Shown here: positions 1 through 9,221 of the stretch, piece after piece
How positions within the stretch are numbered: the first letter of the stretch is position 1
How the letters are laid out: every line of letters starts with the position of its first letter
From: Vibrio vulnificus CMCP6
GTDB lineage: Bacteria; Pseudomonadota; Gammaproteobacteria; Enterobacterales; Vibrionaceae
DNA: 32,000 nucleotides
Direction: 5' to 3'
NCBI RefSeq assembly: GCF_000039765.1
Contig: NC_004459.3
Span: forward strand, 2,541,127 to 2,573,126
Notes under the pieces: generated by a model
Told to the model about the DNA's origin: nothing
Seen by the model: the letters and a program-made list of their open reading frames with translations, nothing else
Database searches by the model: none
Translations under genes and position numbers: made by a program

Positions 1-1
1 A

Positions 2-283
2 GAATTTAAGGTCGATCTACTACGCTTGGATTCTGAGCGAAAGGTTCGGCGAATTTTAAAGGAAAATACAGACTTTCTGCTTGTCTTTGGTAAGCTAAAA
101 AATCAAGGTGGGTACAAATTCCCTAAAAAATTTTCTCACTTTAAACATCACTTAATGGGTAAAAATAACTACATCATAGGTGTTGACGGTATAAACGATT
201 ACGCACCACATCCAGGAAATAAAGATATTTACTACGGTAACTATACTTACTCACCAAGACGAGTAAATGTAGAGGAACTTTAA
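2..283 (+). CDS. hypothetical protein, 3' part of a cassette gene cut by window start
   Basis: Frame open from base 2 (EFKVDLLRLDSERKVRR...) to stop at 283, immediately followed by attC. Confidence 0.6.
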   Translation, partial: EFKVDLLRLDSERKVRRILKENTDFLLVFGKLKNQGGYKFPKKFSHFKHHLMGKNNYIIGVDGINDYAPHPGNKDIYYGNYTYSPRRVNVEEL

Positions 284-409
284 ATATAACAAACAATTTA
301 AGAGTGATTCAGCACGCTTGGCATTCTTGATTTGGGTTGAGTTGAGAGTTTACGGTGGTCAAATTGAGAGTCGTGGTCGCGTGCTTCACACCTTAATTGG
401 GCGTTATGT
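284..409 (+). repeat. attC site 1
   Basis: ATATAAC core ... TTAATTGGGCGTTATGT. Confidence 0.85.
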
Positions 410-429
410 AACAAGGAGAGTTTGGCTAA

Positions 430-936
430 ATGGAAGTAATATCTGAAAGGCTACGGATGAAGCCATTATCGGGAAATGACTTGTCTTTATTTCTACAACT
501 CCATACAAACCCAAGTGTCATTTCGCTCTGTTTCGATGAACTGCCAAAGTTAGAAATTGAGAGTAAATTTAAATCTCGATTAGCACCTTGGTTTGTAGAT
601 TCGGAGCATTGGTTATGTTTAGTTGTTGTCGAGTCCACAACGAATAAAGCAGTAGGTATAACAGGTTTTTGTGTTAACGATTCTGTTGCTGAAGTTGGGT
701 TTATGTTTTTACCCGAATATCATGGGCTCGGGTATGGTACAGAGTCACTGCAAGCCCTCATAAATTATTCAATGTCAGAGTTCGGCATCGATAAATACAG
801 TGCAGTTGTCACCGAGGGCAACATTGGTTCCGAAAAGGTACTTACAAAAGTGGGTTTTGTGCTCGATAGGATAGTGCCTCAAGCTTATGAAATTGGTGGT
901 CATTTGTACGCAGACCATGTCTACAAATATGTGTAA
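430..936 (+). CDS. GNAT family N-acetyltransferase (copy 1)
   Basis: VGFMFLPEYHGLGYGTESLQALINY acetyl-CoA binding motif and KVLTKVGFVLDR C-terminal motif; complete cassette with RBS AGGAGAG. Confidence 0.9.
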   Translation: MEVISERLRMKPLSGNDLSLFLQLHTNPSVISLCFDELPKLEIESKFKSRLAPWFVDSEHWLCLVVVESTTNKAVGITGFCVNDSVAEVGFMFLPEYHGLGYGTESLQALINYSMSEFGIDKYSAVVTEGNIGSEKVLTKVGFVLDRIVPQAYEIGGHLYADHVYKYV

Positions 937-943
937 AATTGTT

Positions 944-1070
944 ACATAACAAGGCGTTCAAGAGGGATTCATGCCGCGTGGCATTTTTGGTTTGCAGTGA
1001 GTTTTAGTGGTGAAAGTGGTCTGCGGAAGGTTGGCTTAGGCGGCATTCACCCCTTAACGCAGCGTTATAC
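944..1070 (+). repeat. attC site 2
   Basis: ACATAAC ... CCCCTTAACGCAGCGTTATAC. Confidence 0.9.
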
Positions 1071-1145
1071 CACTACTGTTCAAAAAGCTTGCGTTTATAT
1101 AAAATTTTATATATCCTTTACCTCAAAGTAAGAGAGGTAAAGAAC

Positions 1146-1442
1146 ATGACAAGCATTTCATTCGACACAATGATCGCCGAGAATTTCTCGCCTTTTGAAA
1201 TTGTAGAAATGGACGTAAAAGGCAAACTTTTTACAATCATCAACTCTAAAATCCACCAGAAAGGCTGGAGCCAAAAAGAAGCCGCTGTGGCTCTTGAAAT
1301 CACTCAGCCAAGGATTAGTAATCTTAAAAACCTTCATCACGATAAATTTTCAATCGAGGCTTTAATGAAGCTTGCAGATAAATTGGGTTGTGAAATTGAG
1401 GTTAGTACAAAGTCTGGGTTGACTATCGCAATTTCAGAATAA
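1146..1442 (+). CDS. XRE/HigA-like antitoxin (HTH)
   Basis: GWSQKEAAVALEITQPRISNLKNLHHDKFSIEALMKLADKLG helix-turn-helix; RBS AGAGGTAAAG upstream of ATG 1146. Confidence 0.8.
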   Translation: MTSISFDTMIAENFSPFEIVEMDVKGKLFTIINSKIHQKGWSQKEAAVALEITQPRISNLKNLHHDKFSIEALMKLADKLGCEIEVSTKSGLTIAISE

Positions 1443-1444
1443 GC

Positions 1445-1470
1445 AAAAAAGAGGGAGCGTGCTCCCTCTT
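1445..1470 (-). terminator. rho-independent terminator for the minus-strand toxin transcript
   Basis: Perfect hairpin AAGAGGGAGC-gt-GCTCCCTCTT; on the minus strand it is followed by a run of T. Confidence 0.75.
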
Positions 1471-1474
1471 AAAA

Positions 1475-1816
1475 TTAATGGATCCCTTGAGCTGATTTGA
1501 AATCTTTAAACCGTTGTTCAACGGTAGCTTTGATTTTGGGATCTTGACCATTTCTGGATTTAGTGGCAAAAGCCAAAACTTCGATGTGACCATCGACCAA
1601 TGTTGTGTAGAACATACGACCCGCAGGACGACCTTTAACTTTGACCTCTACAACCGAAGTATGAACTGATTTGAACTTTTCGGTATCGAGGCTCGAATAC
1701 TCACCTTTTTTAAGAGTTTCTTCAACATAAGTTCTGAAGGCTTTCTGGGCATCTTTTGGAAGCTTTGCGAACTCACGAGTCGCAGGTTTTGAAACACAAA
1801 CATTAATTTTTGACAT
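1475..1816 (-). CDS. HigB/Gp49-like RelE-superfamily toxin
   Basis: GRMFYTTLVDGHIEVLAFATKSRNGQDPKIKATVEQRFKDF resembles the Gp49/HigB-type toxin C-terminus; RBS-like AGGAGAA on the minus strand. Confidence 0.75.
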   Translation of the reverse strand: MSKINVCVSKPATREFAKLPKDAQKAFRTYVEETLKKGEYSSLDTEKFKSVHTSVVEVKVKGRPAGRMFYTTLVDGHIEVLAFATKSRNGQDPKIKATVEQRFKDFKSAQGIH

Positions 1817-1911
1817 AAATTCTCCTTTATAGAATTAGTTTTTTGCCATAGGCACTCCTATGACGTGATTTGAAAGTTACAAAAAATTGCATAAGCTATT
1901 TCCTGTTTGTT

Positions 1912-1930
1912 AATGTGCAAAGTGCACGTT
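1912..1930. promoter_or_regulatory. candidate operator (inverted repeat) upstream of the toxin gene
   Basis: AATGTGCA-AAG-TGCACGTT, 8-bp arms with one mismatch. Confidence 0.35.
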
Positions 1931-2017
1931 TAGGCATTAAGCCATCTGTTGCCTATTTAGGCGCGGTGAATATAAACTATTTAAGTAAAGAATTCATCTA
2001 CTTAATGGGTAAAAGTG

Positions 2018-2142
2018 GTATAACAAACTGTTTAAGAGGGATTCGCAACGCGTGGCATTTTTACTATGCGTTGGTTTAAGTGATTAAGGGGTATGCGGCG
2101 GCTTTTGTATTGCGTTGCTCACCCCTTAACAGGGCGTTATGC
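2018..2142 (+). repeat. attC site 3
   Basis: GTATAAC ... TTAACAGGGCGTTATGC. Confidence 0.9.
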
Positions 2143-2227
2143 GTTCACGAGAATTGCTGACTTTTTCATTAGTTCAAATTGACAAGTAATAGTAAACTAG
2201 GTGTATATTTTCGTAAGGTTTCTAAAT

Positions 2228-2464
2228 ATGAATCTAGCTACTTATATTGATTTAATTACAACCCAAAAAGAGTTTTCCTTGAGTGCCGAACAGTGTCAAT
2301 TGCTGAACGCTGATTTAGCCACTAAAACAATTACAGATATACCACCTTCTATTGCGAATGATCTTGAAGAGTACCTTTCAAAAGCTTTAGCGTACGGTAG
2401 TGTCGAAGCTGGCATTGCCTCTCAATTGGATGAACTACTTGAACAGTTGAGAGAACACGCATAA
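2228..2464 (+). CDS. hypothetical cassette protein
   Basis: Cassette-filling ORF MNLATYIDLITTQKEF... Confidence 0.65.
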   Translation: MNLATYIDLITTQKEFSLSAEQCQLLNADLATKTITDIPPSIANDLEEYLSKALAYGSVEAGIASQLDELLEQLREHA

Positions 2465-2572
2465 CAAACTGTTTAAGAGTGATTCGCAACGCGTGGCATT
2501 TTTGCTATGCGTTTAAGGCAGTATGCGGCGGCATTGGTATTGCGTTGCTCACACCTTAACAGGGCGTTATGT
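2459..2572 (+). repeat. attC site 4 (short variant)
   Basis: GCATAAC ... TTAACAGGGCGTTATGT, central loop shorter than neighbours. Confidence 0.88.
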
Positions 2573-2595
2573 TACTGCACTTTACGAGTAATTGA

Positions 2596-3348
2596 ATGAA
2601 TATAAAGTTGTTAGTTGGCGGTTGTTTACTCGGTGTAACCGCTCTATTTTTTGTCGGTAAACGAGGTGGTGAGGAGTTATCGCTCCCCGTGTGTGATTCC
2701 GTCCCTAAAATTGATACGCCAGTGCATTTTTTCACAGATGACTCCATTAGTGAGGCACGAATTGAAGAGTTTATTGACTATTCAAACCTTGTTCTAGAGA
2801 ACTCTTGCATTCCAATTAGAAGGACCCTTTCAGGAATCACCAAACTTGATTTGACCAGTTTTAAAAGTCAAGACAGTGGTAAGTTACATCAACAGTTACT
2901 CCTAAATGTTGGTAACTCGATTCTTGCGCCAATGCAAAAAGTTGGAAGTTATTATGTTCTAGTTCTTCCTAAAGACTTTCCTTTTGCAAAAGACAGTGCA
3001 GGAACTGCTCATGTAAATTTTAGTCGCAGTTTTTTGGTTCTATCTTCTGATGCAGAACTTCATGTGCTAGAGCATGAGTTGGGGCATCTGGCTTGGGCAT
3101 GGCACGACAACACAGCAATACATTGGTTAAAAGGGCAGCTTCTAAAAGAGCATCACAAGCAAATTAAGCCATATGCATTTGGGGCATTGTGTCATGAAGC
3201 GGGGACGGTAATGACTTATGCAGAGAAGCAGTTGCCAGCCTATTCATCACCAGATATCAAATATTATGGACAGGCTTGTGGCAATGCCGAAACTGCTGAT
3301 AATGCACGTCATATGCGAGAGTTTGCGCTATCACTGGTAGCTCCGTAA
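2596..3348 (+). CDS. exported metzincin-like zinc metallopeptidase
   Basis: N-terminal signal/TM; HELGHLAWAWHD (HEXXHxxxxxH) plus downstream GTVMTY Met-turn-like motif. Confidence 0.65.
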   Translation: MNIKLLVGGCLLGVTALFFVGKRGGEELSLPVCDSVPKIDTPVHFFTDDSISEARIEEFIDYSNLVLENSCIPIRRTLSGITKLDLTSFKSQDSGKLHQQLLLNVGNSILAPMQKVGSYYVLVLPKDFPFAKDSAGTAHVNFSRSFLVLSSDAELHVLEHELGHLAWAWHDNTAIHWLKGQLLKEHHKQIKPYAFGALCHEAGTVMTYAEKQLPAYSSPDIKYYGQACGNAETADNARHMREFALSLVAP

Positions 3349-3474
3349 CATAACAAGGCGTTCAAGCGGGATTCATGCCGCGTGGCATTTTTTGTTTGCA
3401 GTGAATTTTGGTGGTGAAAGTGGTCTGCGAAAGGTTGGTTTGTGCGGCATTCACCCCTTAACGCAGCGTTATAT
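3348..3474 (+). repeat. attC site 5
   Basis: ACATAAC ... TTAACGCAGCGTTATAT. Confidence 0.9.
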
Positions 3475-3504
3475 GCTTCAAAGATTCAATGGGTTAGGTG
3501 TGAT

Positions 3505-3930
3505 ATGAAAATAATTGGGTTTCTTTTAGTAGCTGCACTAACCGTAAATCTTTGTATCTCATCCTTTTCTATCTTCCAGCTATATCGTTATTTAGAGCTA
3601 CAAGATAGCAATTGGCAGAAGGGTGTTCATTTCTATACTGAAGCAAGAAATAACACCCAGATTTCGGTCCAAGAGCGCACTGCGGTAACTAAACTTATTG
3701 CTAAAGAATTGTTTATATTGGGGTATGACGGCGCCTACTATGTGGACATAAATGGTAAGGAAAAGTTGTTTAAGCCAACTGAAGGTCATCGAGAGGCAAG
3801 GAAGCTAAGTTTTCAATCGAGGCAAACCTCGATAGCATATATACACGAGCAACTTTGGCTAAATGCACTTTATGTCACGTTACTTCTAGTTATCGCAATC
3901 ATCAAAAGTAAATTTCAAAAACGCATATAA
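3505..3930 (+). CDS. hypothetical membrane protein
   Basis: Cassette ORF MKIIGFLLVAALTVNLCISS..., hydrophobic segments at both ends. Confidence 0.7.
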   Translation: MKIIGFLLVAALTVNLCISSFSIFQLYRYLELQDSNWQKGVHFYTEARNNTQISVQERTAVTKLIAKELFILGYDGAYYVDINGKEKLFKPTEGHREARKLSFQSRQTSIAYIHEQLWLNALYVTLLLVIAIIKSKFQKRI

Positions 3931-4053
3931 CAAGGCGTTTAAGGCAGATTCCCAACGCTTGGCATTTTGCATTTCAAGTTGGGTTTAGTGTTTACTGTGT
4001 AAAGGTTTAGGTTAGGTGGTAGGCGTTGTTCACTACTTAACGCGGCGTTAGGC
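3925..4053 (+). repeat. attC site 6
   Basis: ATATAAC ... TTAACGCGGCGTTAGGC. Confidence 0.9.
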
Positions 4054-4077
4054 CCAAATAGTATACAAGGAGGTTCA

Positions 4078-4812
4078 ATGAGTAAATTAGTGGTTTATTT
4101 GTCGGCAATTGTTGTCGCATGTTTAGTGGTAGCAGAGCCCGCATTTGCGGGCCCTGGAGGAAAAATTGCAAGCGTATTATCTGAGACATTCTGGGGAAAG
4201 GTAATAATAATATGTTTATTAGTCTTTTTTTCACCGTTTATAGTGTACGCCTTTTGCAAGGAGAAACTAGCTGAGCAACGTGCTAGAAAAGATCTGAGGT
4301 TTATGGCTGGCTATAGTGAACTGTTTGAGTGGTTAAAAGTACAAGAAAGAGTCAAGGATTGTTTCTATCGAGTGCATGCTGGTTGGGAGAGTGAAGACCT
4401 ATCGAGTGTTTCAGACTGGATGACAGATTGGTATTGGCAAAATCAGCAGCAAGTACATCTTGAGAGTTGGAAAAAACAAGGGTTGGTTAATGTATGTAAG
4501 GTAACCCATTTGTCCAAAATTAAGCCGTTACTATTTGTTCATAGGAATCAATCTGTAGAACACGAAGGTTCTATGGTTGTGGTTGCTATTACGGGAGAAA
4601 CTCAAGATTACCTAATGGTTAAAGAGACAGGAAAAATTGTTGAAGGGAGTAAAAAATTCAAAGATGTCGAAACAATTTGGACTTTGACCTTAACTAATGG
4701 GGTTTGGAAAGTCTCTAACATTGAAAGCTGTACGATGTTTATAGATTATGTCAATGAAGCTAAGCATTTACCCAAGATTGAGACTACGGTTGTAAGCGAC
4801 TTGAGGGCCTAA
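4078..4812 (+). CDS. Tim44-like domain membrane protein
   Basis: Signal/TM segments then LFEWLKVQERVKDCFYRVHAGWESEDLSSVSDWMTDWYWQ...; RBS AAGGAGG. Confidence 0.65.
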   Translation: MSKLVVYLSAIVVACLVVAEPAFAGPGGKIASVLSETFWGKVIIICLLVFFSPFIVYAFCKEKLAEQRARKDLRFMAGYSELFEWLKVQERVKDCFYRVHAGWESEDLSSVSDWMTDWYWQNQQQVHLESWKKQGLVNVCKVTHLSKIKPLLFVHRNQSVEHEGSMVVVAITGETQDYLMVKETGKIVEGSKKFKDVETIWTLTLTNGVWKVSNIESCTMFIDYVNEAKHLPKIETTVVSDLRA

Positions 4813-4933
4813 CAAAGCGTTTAAGAGGGACTTGGCACGTGTGGCATTTTCAATTTGCGGTAAGTTTAGTGGTTAAAGTGTGATGCGGTCACTTTTGTAT
4901 TGCGTGCCTGCGCCCCTTAACGCGGCGTTATAT
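4807..4933 (+). repeat. attC site 7
   Basis: GCCTAAC ... TTAACGCGGCGTTATAT. Confidence 0.9.
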
Positions 4934-4946
4934 GCTTGGGTGAAAA

Positions 4947-5279
4947 ATGATGGAACATAATGAAATACATTGGCACGATTGTGAGTTGCTGTCGATGATT
5001 GAAGTACCGTCACAAGACGAATTGATATTAAGAGTTATGTACCCAGTAGATTGGGAAAATGACGAATATGAAGAAACTGATATTGTATTCAGCGGATTCC
5101 ATTCTCTAAAGATCAACGAAATTCCTTTTGAAGGTAATCCAACACTCTTAGGACTAGAGTCTGTGAAAAGAGTGGATAGTGACTTATTCAAGTCGAGTTG
5201 GTTCAAGTTCAGCTTAAGTACAAATGCTGGTATTCGTGTGATCGAAGCCAAAAGTGTACACCTTAGAGAACGCATATAA
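4947..5279 (+). CDS. hypothetical cassette protein
   Basis: Cassette-filling ORF MMEHNEIHWHDCELLSMIEVP... Confidence 0.7.
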   Translation: MMEHNEIHWHDCELLSMIEVPSQDELILRVMYPVDWENDEYEETDIVFSGFHSLKINEIPFEGNPTLLGLESVKRVDSDLFKSSWFKFSLSTNAGIRVIEAKSVHLRERI

Positions 5280-5401
5280 CAAAGCGTTCAAGGCGGATTC
5301 ACAACGCTTAGCGGTTTCAGTTCAGGTTAGGTTAAGTGTTTAAGGTACAATGGTTTAGGTTTGGTGGTTTGCGTTGTTCACCACTTAACGCGGCGTTATA
5401 T
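5274..5401 (+). repeat. attC site 8
   Basis: ATATAAC ... TTAACGCGGCGTTATAT. Confidence 0.9.
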
Positions 5402-5416
5402 GCACGGGAGAGTTCA

Positions 5417-5848
5417 GTGGAAGAAAGAATCCGAAAAAGGGACGTAAAAGTCTGCCCTGTAGTGCTCAGAAAATCAGGAAACTATCGTGAGTTACTGTTG
5501 TTTGAACATCCATTAGCTGAGGTTCAACTTGTTAAAGGAACACTAGAGCCGTCGGATATTTCTATCGAAAGTGCCGCTTTGAGAGAGCTGGAAGAAGAAT
5601 CTGGGTTATCTAGTGTATCAAGTGCTCACTATCTCGACTGCTGGGAAAGCGGTTTTCAAAATCAACTGTGGCATTTTGTGCTTTGCGAAATAGACCAAGA
5701 ACTACCGAATAGCTGGAGTTTCTTTACTCAAGATGACGGTGGGCATGAGTTTAATTTCTTCTGGCATAAAGTAGGAAGTAAGCCCGATTTTAAGTGTCAT
5801 AAAGTATTCTTTGACGCCATTAAGCAAGTCGAAATTCTGTGCATATAA
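5417..5848 (+). CDS. NUDIX hydrolase-like protein
   Basis: GTG start; AALRELEEESGL matches the core of the NUDIX box (RExxEExGx). Confidence 0.75.
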   Translation: MEERIRKRDVKVCPVVLRKSGNYRELLLFEHPLAEVQLVKGTLEPSDISIESAALRELEEESGLSSVSSAHYLDCWESGFQNQLWHFVLCEIDQELPNSWSFFTQDDGGHEFNFFWHKVGSKPDFKCHKVFFDAIKQVEILCI

Positions 5849-5970
5849 CAAACAATTTAAGAGGGATTCCCAACGCTTGGCATTTTTGTTTCTACTTCAA
5901 GTTTAGTGTTTATGGCACAATGCTTTAGGTTGGGTGGTAGCGTTGCTCACCCCTTAATTGGGCGTTATGC
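5843..5970 (+). repeat. attC site 9
   Basis: ATATAAC ... TTAATTGGGCGTTATGC. Confidence 0.9.
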
Positions 5971-6321
5971 TTAATCACGTAAAATCAGTGGTTTATGATT
6001 TTTCTTTGTTCCCTCGGCTTTTCAGTTTTGTGTTTGTCGGCAAGCCGGCTTTTTCGAGCGCTGTTTTTCGGACACTTATTCTTTGGCGCTAAAAACTCTG
6101 AGAATTGCCTCAATCAATTCTCGGGCAAGCGCGAAGTTAGGGCGGTTGGCTCAATCAGAAATCCATTTCTAGGTTTTCAAACTTCAAACCAGATGTGCCA
6201 AAATTCCGAGCCTGATTATCAAAACTATGATTCATTTCGGTTTTCTACGTTTTGGCTTTTGTTTGTAAATCAAAGTCGAGTTAATCTTGGTTCTATTAAA
6301 ACGTAACCCATTGAAGCTTAA
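5965..6321 (+). other. ORF-less cassette, family subtype a
   Basis: TTATGCTTAATCACGTAAAATCAGTGG...GAAGCTTAAGCATAAC, repeated elsewhere in window. Confidence 0.85.
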
Positions 6322-6448
6322 GCATAACAAGGCGTTTAAGTGGGATTTGGCACGCGTGGCATTTTCAGTTTGCGTTGGGTTCAGTAGTTACGGCACTGTG
6401 CGGTAGCTTTTGTATTGCGTGCCTGCACCCCTTAACGCGGCGTTAGGT
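6322..6448 (+). repeat. attC site 10
   Basis: GCATAAC ... TTAACGCGGCGTTAGGT. Confidence 0.9.
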
Positions 6449-6463
6449 GAATTTGGGGAAATA

Positions 6464-6979
6464 ATGCAGCAAATTTTGGAAACTGAACGTTTAATTCTTA
6501 GATCATTTAAGCAGTCTGATGCTGAGCAAGTATCAGTATTAGCTGGTGATAAACGAATCGCAGAAATGACAGCAAACATACCGCATCCATACGAAGTTTC
6601 AGATGCAATTTCATGGATTGAAACACATGAAATTGGTTTTGCCAGCGGAGAGAGTATTGTTTATGCGATTGTACATAAAGAATCGTTAGAGCTTATTGGG
6701 GCCGTGAGTTTGCCAAGCTTAAAAGATGGCCAAGGTATATTAGGTTATTGGTTGGGTGTCGATTTTTGGGGGCAGGGTTATGCGACAGAAGCTTCAAAGG
6801 CGCTAATTGAGTACGCAAAAGAATCTCATGGATTGAGAGAGTTAAAGGTTATGCATCTTGTTGGTAATGCTCGTTCAAAGTCAGTTATCGATAAACTTGG
6901 CGTTACTTACATAGAAAATCAAACACTTCGTATGCAAGGTGGTGAACGCGAGGTTTGTGTTTATATTTCAGCGGTATAA
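6464..6979 (+). CDS. GNAT acetyltransferase (RimJ-like)
   Basis: LETERLILRSFKQSDA...LGYWLGVDFWGQGYATEASKALIEYA. Confidence 0.9.
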   Translation: MQQILETERLILRSFKQSDAEQVSVLAGDKRIAEMTANIPHPYEVSDAISWIETHEIGFASGESIVYAIVHKESLELIGAVSLPSLKDGQGILGYWLGVDFWGQGYATEASKALIEYAKESHGLRELKVMHLVGNARSKSVIDKLGVTYIENQTLRMQGGEREVCVYISAV

Positions 6980-6983
6980 ATTC

Positions 6984-7110
6984 ACCTAACAAAGCGTTAA
7001 AGAGGGATTCATGCCGCGTGGCATTTTTGGTATGCGGTATGTTTTGGTGGTGAAAGTGGTCTGCGGGAAGTTGGTTTAGGCGGCATTCACCCCTTAACGC
7101 AGCGTTATGT
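6984..7110 (+). repeat. attC site 11
   Basis: ACCTAAC ... TTAACGCAGCGTTATGT. Confidence 0.9.
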
Positions 7111-7455
7111 TTAATCACGTAAAATCAGTTGTTTGCACTCTTTTTTGTTCACGTAGCTTTCAAGTTTTTCCCTTGTCGGCAAGCTAACTTCAGTGGTCGC
7201 TGTTTTCTGGACTCCTATTCGCGGGCGCGAAAAATTCGGAGAACTGCCTCATTGAAGTCCAGTGTGTTGGCGAGGAGAGTGAGGTGTTCTCAATTCCAAA
7301 GTTAGAGTTCCAGTTTTCGGTTTTTCACGCTAAAACTCAATGTTAGTAAAATCAAATTTATGAGTTAATTCAGTTTTTTAGCTTCTGGTTTTGGTTTTCA
7401 ACGGTAAGTCGAGTTAAGCTCTTGGTATCGTAAAACTTAACCCTTTGAGTCTTAA
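7105..7455 (+). other. ORF-less cassette, family subtype b
   Basis: TTATGTTTAATCACGTAAAATCAGTTGTTTGCACTC...GAGTCTTAAACATAAC. Confidence 0.85.
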
Positions 7456-7582
7456 ACATAACAAGGCGTTTAAGCGGGATTCATGCCGCGTGGCATTTTT
7501 GGTTTGCAGTGAGTTTTGGTGGTGAAAGTGGTATGCGGAAGCTTGGTTTATGCGGCATTCACCCCTTAACGCGGCGTTATGT
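7456..7582 (+). repeat. attC site 12
   Basis: ACATAAC ... TTAACGCGGCGTTATGT. Confidence 0.9.
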
Positions 7583-8036
7583 TTACTTGTATTTCAAAGG
7601 CTTAAAGGTCTTAGGCTCTGGTTCTTTGTCCCTCTGGTAATTCGTCCCTAGTAGACTCAGCAAATCAGTATTGTTGGTCTAAGTTCTTGAACCACTCAGC
7701 CCGTAAAACATGCCAATGTTCGTGGGTTGCTTCATTGTCAGGTCGTGGCGGTCGGTTTCTTGTTTAACTGGCTTAAAGTCGCTTTTAGGTTCTTTGCCAA
7801 GTAGTATTTCGGCTTGGCAGTAGCCTCGGCAATTCAGCATTGTTTTGCGCTTTGGTTGGAAAGAAAGGGTGCTTGTTGAAACGAGGTCGGGTTGCCTCAT
7901 TGGGCAGGGAAGTGGAATTACAGGTTTTGGGTTAATCGCCTTTGGTGGCCAAGTTGGTTCTTACCTTGTGGTTTGCTTCAGAAAACTAGTTAGAAATCGC
8001 AGTTCTTTCTCAATTAAATCATGTATTTGTGGTAAA
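7577..8036 (+). other. cassette without convincing ORF
   Basis: Only short discordant ORFs on both strands between two attC sites. Confidence 0.5.
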
Positions 8037-8161
8037 ACATAACAAGCAATTCAAGCTGATTCGCAACGCTTGGCATTTTTGGTTTGATTCAGCTTTAGTG
8101 TTTACGGCACAATGCTTTAGGTAGGTGGCAGCGTTGCTCACAACTTAATTGGGCGTTAGCA
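8037..8161 (+). repeat. attC site 13
   Basis: ACATAAC ... TTAATTGGGCGTTAGCA. Confidence 0.88.
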
Positions 8162-8178
8162 ATCTTAGGAGAGACAGT

Positions 8179-8586
8179 GTGCAACATTTTAACGGATGCA
8201 AATTAGTTGTTCATTGTAACGAGCAAATTCTTACCTATAAAAGAGATAATATTTCTTCCATCTCATACCCAAATTGCTGGGACTTACCTGGTGGCGGTCG
8301 TGAAGGGAACGAAACGCCAGAGGATTGTGCACTAAGAGAATTGAAAGAAGAATTCGGTATCGAACTGTGCCCATCGCGTATTCATTACAAGCAAAAAGTG
8401 GAAAGTCATACAGGCTTTGGTTGTGCGTATTTTCTAGCGGTTACGATAACCGAAAGTGAGTTACGCGAAATTCAGTTTGGCGATGAGGGGCAATATTGGA
8501 AGCTTATGGACATAGAAACGTACTTAGCCCTCTCAGACGCTGTGCCATCCAACCAGCAAAGAATAAGAGGCTATCTCAACCTATGA
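8179..8586 (+). CDS. NUDIX hydrolase
   Basis: GTG start after AGGAGAG; GGGREGNETPEDCALRELKEEFGI matches NUDIX box GX5EX7REUXEEXGU. Confidence 0.9.
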   Translation: MQHFNGCKLVVHCNEQILTYKRDNISSISYPNCWDLPGGGREGNETPEDCALRELKEEFGIELCPSRIHYKQKVESHTGFGCAYFLAVTITESELREIQFGDEGQYWKLMDIETYLALSDAVPSNQQRIRGYLNL

Positions 8587-8594
8587 GTTCGTAT

Positions 8595-8722
8595 TGCTAA
8601 CAAGGCGTTTAAGACGGATTCACAACGCTTGGCATTTTCGGTTTGCTTTGAATTTAGTGTTTACGGCACAATGGTTTAGGTTTGGTGGTTGGCGTTGTTC
8701 ACCACTTAACGCGGCGTTATGC
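8595..8722 (+). repeat. attC site 14
   Basis: TGCTAAC ... TTAACGCGGCGTTATGC. Confidence 0.88.
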
Positions 8723-9066
8723 TTAATCACGTAAAATCAATTGGTTGCATCTTTTTTTGCTTTCTCGGCTTTATAATTTTGGTCTTGTCGGCAAGTTGAC
8801 TTCAGTGATCGCTGTTTGCTGGACTTCAATTCGTGGGCGCTAAAAATTCAGAGAGTTGCCTCATTGAAATGCAGTGTTTTGGTGAGGTGAGCGCAGCTTG
8901 CTCAGTTTCAAAGCTAGAGCTTCAACTTTCGTTTCTCACGTTGAGATTCAATGCAAAATAAATCGAATTTATGAGTTAATTCAGTTTTTTAGCCTATGGT
9001 TTTGGTTTGCAAAGGTAAGTCGAGTTAAGCTCTTGGTATCGTAAAACTTAACCCTTTGAGTCTTAA
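8717..9066 (+). other. ORF-less cassette, family subtype b variant
   Basis: TTATGCTTAATCACGTAAAATCAATTGGTTGCATC...CTTAAACATAAC. Confidence 0.8.
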
Positions 9067-9192
9067 ACATAACAAGGCGTTCAAGAGGGATTCATGCCGC
9101 GTGGCATTTTTGGTATGCAGTAAGTTTTGGTGGTGAAGTGGTCTGCGGAAAGCTGGTTTATGCGGCATTCACCCCTTAACGCGGCGTTATGC
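9067..9192 (+). repeat. attC site 15
   Basis: ACATAAC ... TTAACGCGGCGTTATGC. Confidence 0.9.
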
Positions 9193-9221
9193 CACAAGAC
9201 GTTCAACATGGAGGAAAGGAA

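Noticed and set aside
3442-3504. N-terminal extensions such as MRHSPLNAALYA..., ITKRLSGIRNAWHF, GLRCSPLNAALY
   Set aside because: These are translations of attC arms; true starts lie downstream after an RBS.
4928-5275. Minus-strand ORF of 115 aa
   Set aside because: Antisense shadow of the forward cassette ORF 4947-5279, which has a proper cassette position.
5995-6306. Small ORFs MV/IFLCSLG... inside ORF-less cassettes (5995, 10467, 27573)
   Set aside because: Start codon or frame is destroyed in most other copies (11527, 12904, 20714, 21670, 26510, 30305), so coding selection is not supported.
7679-8042. Two short opposing ORFs (7679-7900 minus, 7845-8042 plus)
   Set aside because: No domain or RBS support, and the forward one runs into attC.
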